From Candidatus Heimdallarchaeota archaeon B3_Heim (GTDB lineage Archaea; Asgardarchaeota; Heimdallarchaeia; Hodarchaeales; Hodarchaeaceae): a DNA stretch of 32,000 nt. Numbering within the stretch: the stretch's first letter is position 1; each line of letters opens with the position of its first letter. The notes below the pieces were generated by a model that did not search any database, was not told the DNA's origin, and was given only the letters and a program-made list of their open reading frames with translations. The DNA lies in contig NJBF01000005.1 in NCBI GenBank assembly GCA_003144275.1, positions 92,319 through 124,318 on the forward strand. Direction: 5' to 3'. Below are positions 27,704-32,000 of the stretch, piece by piece. A program made the translations under genes and the position numbers.

Positions 27704-28941
27704 TAACGATTGAAGTCAAATTGTTTATCTTTCTGTAACGTAGATTCAACTAAGGAACGGGGAATACTAAAATGAATCTCCTTAGTTCTTCCATGTCTAC
27801 CTCTAGACACCACACGTGCAGATATAATACCGAGAGCGTCAAGCTCGTTGATTAAATCTCCAACACGTCGCTGTGTAAGTGAGTCCATACCCGCATCACG
27901 GCACAATTGGACATATCTCTCGTATACATCACCCGTCGAGACAGCATCGGGATCACTTGTAACATTTTCAAGTTGATAGATGGAGGAAATGACAAATTTT
28001 GACTGAACAGGAAGAGTGCTGATAACTTCAGTGATTGTATTTCGTTCAATCGCTCCTTGGGCCTTCTTAACATGGGATTGAGTAATAACTTCCGAGTGTT
28101 CGCGTTCGGCAATTTCTGCTGCAACCCGAAGTAAATCCATAGCTCTTCGTGCATCACCATGCTCCTGAGCGGCAATGGCAGCGATCATATTGATAACACC
28201 TTTATCTAAGGTGTTAGGACGAAAAGCTAATTCTGCTCTTTCAACAAGAATATCAGTTATTTCTGGAGCCTCGTATGGTTTAAAAACAAGTTCTTCTTCT
28301 GAAAGAGAGGAGAGAACACGAGGATCTAAATAATCCTTAAATTTCAGATCGTTAGAAATCCCAATAATGCTAACTTTGGCACTAGAAAGATCTGAATTAA
28401 TACGAGTTAAACTATAAAGTGTTTCATTCCCAGATTTTTTGATTAGACTATCAATTTCGTCCAATACAACAATGAAAAGTGATTCCCGCTGATCTAGACC
28501 TTGTTTAAATCGAGTAAAAACTTCATCAGTTGCAAGACCAGTGAAGGGGACTTCAATGCCTAAGGTACTACAAAGATCGGCAAAGACACGATAGTTGGTG
28601 TCGACATTATTACAATTTAGATAAGCCACTTCAACTCGTAAACCATGATCGGGTGCTTTTTCCTTTAACATGCTTAAAACATACTTAGAAACAGCAGTCT
28701 TACCAGTACCAGTTTTACCGAAGCACAAGATATTACTAGGTTTAGCTCCTCGTAAAACAGAGGCTAAAATATAGCCCAATTGCTTAATTTGTTCCGTTCG
28801 GTGGGGAAGATTCTTAGGTACAAAGGAACTATCTAAAACATCGCGTCTCTGAAATAGTTTAGGTGATTTAAGATACCCCTCAAAGATTTCATCTAATGTT
28901 AAATCCGAATCATCGTTTTGTTTCAATCGTAATGCACCCAC
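27700..28941 (-). CDS. cdc6: Orc1/Cdc6 replication initiator
   Basis: LPHR, GKTGTGKT (Walker A), VLDEID (Walker B), GISN, HGDARRAMDLLR, wH GRHGRT; exact start uncertain. Confidence 0.97.
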   Translation of the reverse strand: MGALRLKQNDDSDLTLDEIFEGYLKSPKLFQRRDVLDSSFVPKNLPHRTEQIKQLGYILASVLRGAKPSNILCFGKTGTGKTAVSKYVLSMLKEKAPDHGLRVEVAYLNCNNVDTNYRVFADLCSTLGIEVPFTGLATDEVFTRFKQGLDQRESLFIVVLDEIDSLIKKSGNETLYSLTRINSDLSSAKVSIIGISNDLKFKDYLDPRVLSSLSEEELVFKPYEAPEITDILVERAELAFRPNTLDKGVINMIAAIAAQEHGDARRAMDLLRVAAEIAEREHSEVITQSHVKKAQGAIERNTITEVISTLPVQSKFVISSIYQLENVTSDPDAVSTGDVYERYVQLCRDAGMDSLTQRRVGDLINELDALGIISARVVSRGRHGRTKEIHFSIPRSLVESTLQKDKQFDFNRY

Positions 28942-29089
28942 CGAAATCTTAGCAAATCTACACTTCCAATAGCATTACCAGTATTTCCTATCGAAGAATT
29001 TAAATTGAACGCTAGCTCGACGAAAATGAAGGAAGCGTGTATTATGAAAAAACAAGTAAAAAAAATCTCTTCAAATCTCATACAAGTCT

Positions 29090-29413
29090 TTATTCATCTG
29101 GAAGAGAGAGAATGGAAGCAGTTCTCGACACGGTGACTTGAGATTCCCTCTTACGTCTGATATCCTCCAACTTTTCGAGGAGGGAAGTAATATCAAAATG
29201 CTGTTTGAATCGGGAATCAATCGAGCTTAACTTTTGCCAGGCAAGTTCAGGACTACGACCTAAATACTTCCAAGAATATTTACCTGCTTGTTTCCCTTCT
29301 AAACGAGCAGAGTGATAAGTGACGAGCCACAAGTAGGGACCGTGATAGACCCCATCATTACATCGACAGCCAGCTTTCCCGCACTTCTGCCATTTAGCAA
29401 GGACAGAGACCAT
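29090..29413 (-). CDS. DUF6788-like small Cys/His protein
   Basis: KCGKAGCRC...HGPYLW...GK..WKYLG motif. Confidence 0.7.
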   Translation of the reverse strand: MVSVLAKWQKCGKAGCRCNDGVYHGPYLWLVTYHSARLEGKQAGKYSWKYLGRSPELAWQKLSSIDSRFKQHFDITSLLEKLEDIRRKRESQVTVSRTASILSLPDE

Positions 29414-29475
29414 ATTTGGGTAAGGATCTTCACAGAAATTTATAGATTTCTTACCATATCATTATTCTAAAGAAA

Positions 29476-29862
29476 TCACTTAGATTCATTATCGATAGTT
29501 TTAAGGGATCTAATCGACTCATGAACGACTTTGAAGGTTTCTAGCTCCTTATCCAATCGATTAAGGGCACGTTTATATGCAGATTCATCAATTTCTTCGG
29601 TAGCTTTGACTTCGGTAAGTGCATTTCGGGCAAACGCGTTCTGATTCTCTAATAAATGAACCATTTTATGTTGTTGCTCCCGCTGAGCACGCAACACAAG
29701 AATCCGTTCCCTAATCTCTATCAACCTTTCTTTCAGGGGAATACTTAGATTACGATATTGAGTAACATTAACTCTTTTCTGGTCAAATTCTGTTACTAGG
29801 TAATCTAGTTTCGCTCCTAAAAGAATTCCTTGATTGCGTAAAGATTGAGGTGCATCCCTTCT
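29476..29862 (-). pseudogene. Headless coiled-coil reading frame (probable 3' remnant of an unknown gene)
   Basis: The frame of ORF 29476..29724 stays open 46 codons further upstream to 29862 with no ATG/GTG/TTG, overlapping the antiporter fragment. Confidence 0.45.
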
Positions 29863-30104
29863 TTAAATAATATTGTAATAAGAGCAATTTCAGCAATTAA
29901 TCGCGTAATTTCATGAAGATTTTCGAAATCTAGGATCGGACCACCTGTGAGTTCATTGATAGCAACAACTAAAATACCTGTGATGACAAGGGGAATTGTT
30001 CTGGGAAAACTATTTCGTTCTGCAAACTGGGTGGCTAGCACACCAGCAATAATTACAACAGAAAATGTAATGATGAAGTCCGTTTCACTCATTGATCTTA
30101 CCAC
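29817..30104 (-). pseudogene. N-terminal fragment of a CPA1/NhaP-type cation:proton antiporter
   Basis: About three TMs ending in IALITILFKEGMHLNL (cf. ILFxxGLxLD), then a stop at 95 aa; full-length members have roughly 12-13 TMs. Confidence 0.7.
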
Positions 30105-30115
30105 AAGCTAATTCT

Positions 30116-30142
30116 ATTTCTCTAATCCAATTTCTCTAATCC
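30116..30142. repeat. Tandem 13-bp direct repeat ATTTCTCTAATCC
   Basis: Copies at 30116-30128 and 30130-30142, just upstream of the antiporter fragment. Confidence 0.6.
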
Positions 30143-30356
30143 TAAGTAAGTCATTATTACTATTTGTCATTTAAATTAGATCCCATTATTCAAAATCTGA
30201 AGCCGGATTATAATGACACAAATCAGATTTGAATAAAAATAATATTTATAGACTTAGTGGATTTGAATTATTTGGTAAAAAGGTGGGTATTAGATTCAAC
30301 GCAAACGTAAGCAAATTAGGAGAAATACTATTTTATGGAAGAGATTCATAGATACT

Positions 30357-31844
30357 ATGCTCTCTCAACTTCCGATATATATTGGTAAGTATCCTGTTCA
30401 TGAAAAGAACCTATTAGAAGATTTCATCAATGTTATCGAAGCATATCAAGTAGATACGCAGGCTTCAAGAGATCAATTTTCATTAAGAGTAGAACAATTC
30501 AGTAAAAAACATCGGCCGACTGACATTTATTTACATTTACCGTTTTTGTGGTTTGCAGTCCAATATCTTGAAAATGCAAACCGTTTACTTGATACTGCGA
30601 CATTTTTCGCTGAAGACTTCTATGGTTACCTTGCAAAGCATTTTAGAGGATTCTCTAGATCTAGAGGCTTATTTCATTTAATAAAGGAAACTACACCTCT
30701 TAGTGACATAGCTTGGGAAGAATTACAATATACTTTAGCAAAATCCCATACCCCTTTATACTCAGAGCAATTTCATATCATTAACTTAATAATTTCAAAT
30801 TTATCATCAGTAAAAAATGATTATTTAAATAAAGAATATATTTCTGCTTTTATCAGGGATAATAGTCCTAGTAAATACCGACGCCCTTACCTGACCCGCT
30901 TTTTCACTCAAATTGATGCACGTTGGATAATTTGGTTTAATTTTTCCACTTTTGGCTTAAGACGTGTGATTTGTATGTTTCAACTTTTAGAGGATTCTCC
31001 TTTACATGATATTATTGATTTTAATAACCCCAAAATTAGAATTCTACGTAATAGCAGATTATACAATATTCGAAAGACTTTTAATCAATTCATTGGAATA
31101 TTAACAATTCCAGAGGGTTTTTATAATCAATTAATCAATTATTTTAGAACTCTGGAACAACAAGGGAAAATAAAACTACTGAAATTTGAAATTATCAGAG
31201 AAGCTTATAGATCTACATCCTTTTCTCATTATAAAGAAAATAGAGGTTGGTCGGAAGTCACACCAACAAAAGAAAACCTACTAATGCAGAGATTAACAAC
31301 AAAAACTCCACGGAAGCGAGCCAAAATTTCTCCAAAATCGAATATTACAAAAAAATTCAATAACACTTGGGACGTTAGACAATCGGATAATTCTTTTGAA
31401 ATAATTTCACTATTTTGTAAGCTAAGTGACTATTTTTCGTTTAAAAATCTACCAGTGAATTTACAAATAGAAAAGGGAAATTTTTTTCTATCAAAACGGG
31501 AAGAAGAAATTCTATCGTTTCTTATGAAGAACGACAATATGTGTATCAGTTTTTTTGCTAATCAATTGCGACTAGATTTCTCGTTAGATGAGTATTGGAT
31601 CGTTGCTCCTATAATGCCAATTTGGCAATTATGGCATCTTTTAGAATGGTTTCCATATGTGAGTATTGAGATGACTGCAGATAATATCCATCTACGAACA
31701 GTATCAACACCTAAATTTATAGATATTATCAAGCAAAAATTACGTTGGGAAATTTTTCCTCTGATTGAAGAACATCACCCATCCAAATTAGATATAAAAT
31801 GGTTTGATAATAACAACAATCAATGGAAACCGCCAATATTATGA
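30357..31844 (+). CDS. Hypothetical protein, possibly with degenerate wHTH and Lrp/AsnC-like modules
   Basis: 495-aa ORF; FNFSTFGLRRVICMF and FFANQLRLDFSLDEYWI resemble the linker-plus-beta-strand of Lrp/AsnC proteins; weak. Confidence 0.5.
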   Translation: MLSQLPIYIGKYPVHEKNLLEDFINVIEAYQVDTQASRDQFSLRVEQFSKKHRPTDIYLHLPFLWFAVQYLENANRLLDTATFFAEDFYGYLAKHFRGFSRSRGLFHLIKETTPLSDIAWEELQYTLAKSHTPLYSEQFHIINLIISNLSSVKNDYLNKEYISAFIRDNSPSKYRRPYLTRFFTQIDARWIIWFNFSTFGLRRVICMFQLLEDSPLHDIIDFNNPKIRILRNSRLYNIRKTFNQFIGILTIPEGFYNQLINYFRTLEQQGKIKLLKFEIIREAYRSTSFSHYKENRGWSEVTPTKENLLMQRLTTKTPRKRAKISPKSNITKKFNNTWDVRQSDNSFEIISLFCKLSDYFSFKNLPVNLQIEKGNFFLSKREEEILSFLMKNDNMCISFFANQLRLDFSLDEYWIVAPIMPIWQLWHLLEWFPYVSIEMTADNIHLRTVSTPKFIDIIKQKLRWEIFPLIEEHHPSKLDIKWFDNNNNQWKPPIL

Positions 31845-32000
31845 TAACAGAATTTTAAAAATTGAAAGAAAAAAAAAGAAACTAGCTAAAAATTGATACT
31901 CAATTTTTTCGACTGGGAGGGGTTTTTTTTTAGCAATAGAAGAGCAAGCAACAAGAGTTTTAAACCTATTAACTTGCTTTCATGGATAGCTAGCAAAATA

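Noticed and set aside
670-28175. The many short opposite-strand or alternate-frame ORFs (e.g. 670-879, 4496-4978, 5451-5750, 8245-8688, 20925-21281, 24042-24314, 27852-28175)
   Set aside because: Shadow ORFs overlapping confidently identified genes, with no recognisable motifs.
28942-29089. Replication origin with ORB boxes upstream of cdc6
   Set aside because: Only TTCCAAT-like fragments; no TTCCAxTGGAAA repeats or G-string.
1-32000. CRISPR arrays, tRNA/rRNA genes, inteins
   Set aside because: No regularly spaced repeats or cloverleaf motifs seen; RpoB, Cdc6, TiaS and ValRS lengths and motifs leave no room for inteins.

Overview
AT-rich archaeal chromosomal segment, most consistent with an Asgard archaeon (inference from unsplit RpoB, eukaryote-like STT3/AglB motifs, TPR and Lrp-like orphans; not verified phylogenetically). 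It is mostly housekeeping: a fold-III PLP decarboxylase fragment, dys and tiaS; a TPR protein; DUF106/EMC3, eL34, TruD; a shuffled ribosomal superoperon (uL11, uL1, eL39, eL31, eIF6, eL20, prefoldin alpha, FtsY, uL10, Spt5, SecE); rpoB; DUF92; a kinase-like protein; ValRS; UPF0148; a PRC-barrel protein; AglB; PolD DP1; Cdc6/Orc1. The right end is a decayed or plastic region. Main highlights: (1) upstream of rpoB, a tnpB remnant is split by a precise 356-bp, duplication-free insertion in the opposite orientation that carries a homologous IS200/IS605 right end and omegaRNA-like scaffold, whose predicted guide would target uninterrupted tnpB; (2) a Cren7-like chromatin domain with four Cys fused to a winged-helix-like domain; (3) a DP1 with altered exonuclease motifs; (4) a possible agmatine/polyamine translation-modification gene cluster; (5) uL10 lacking its acidic tail. 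All family assignments are by eye from motifs; no searches were run.
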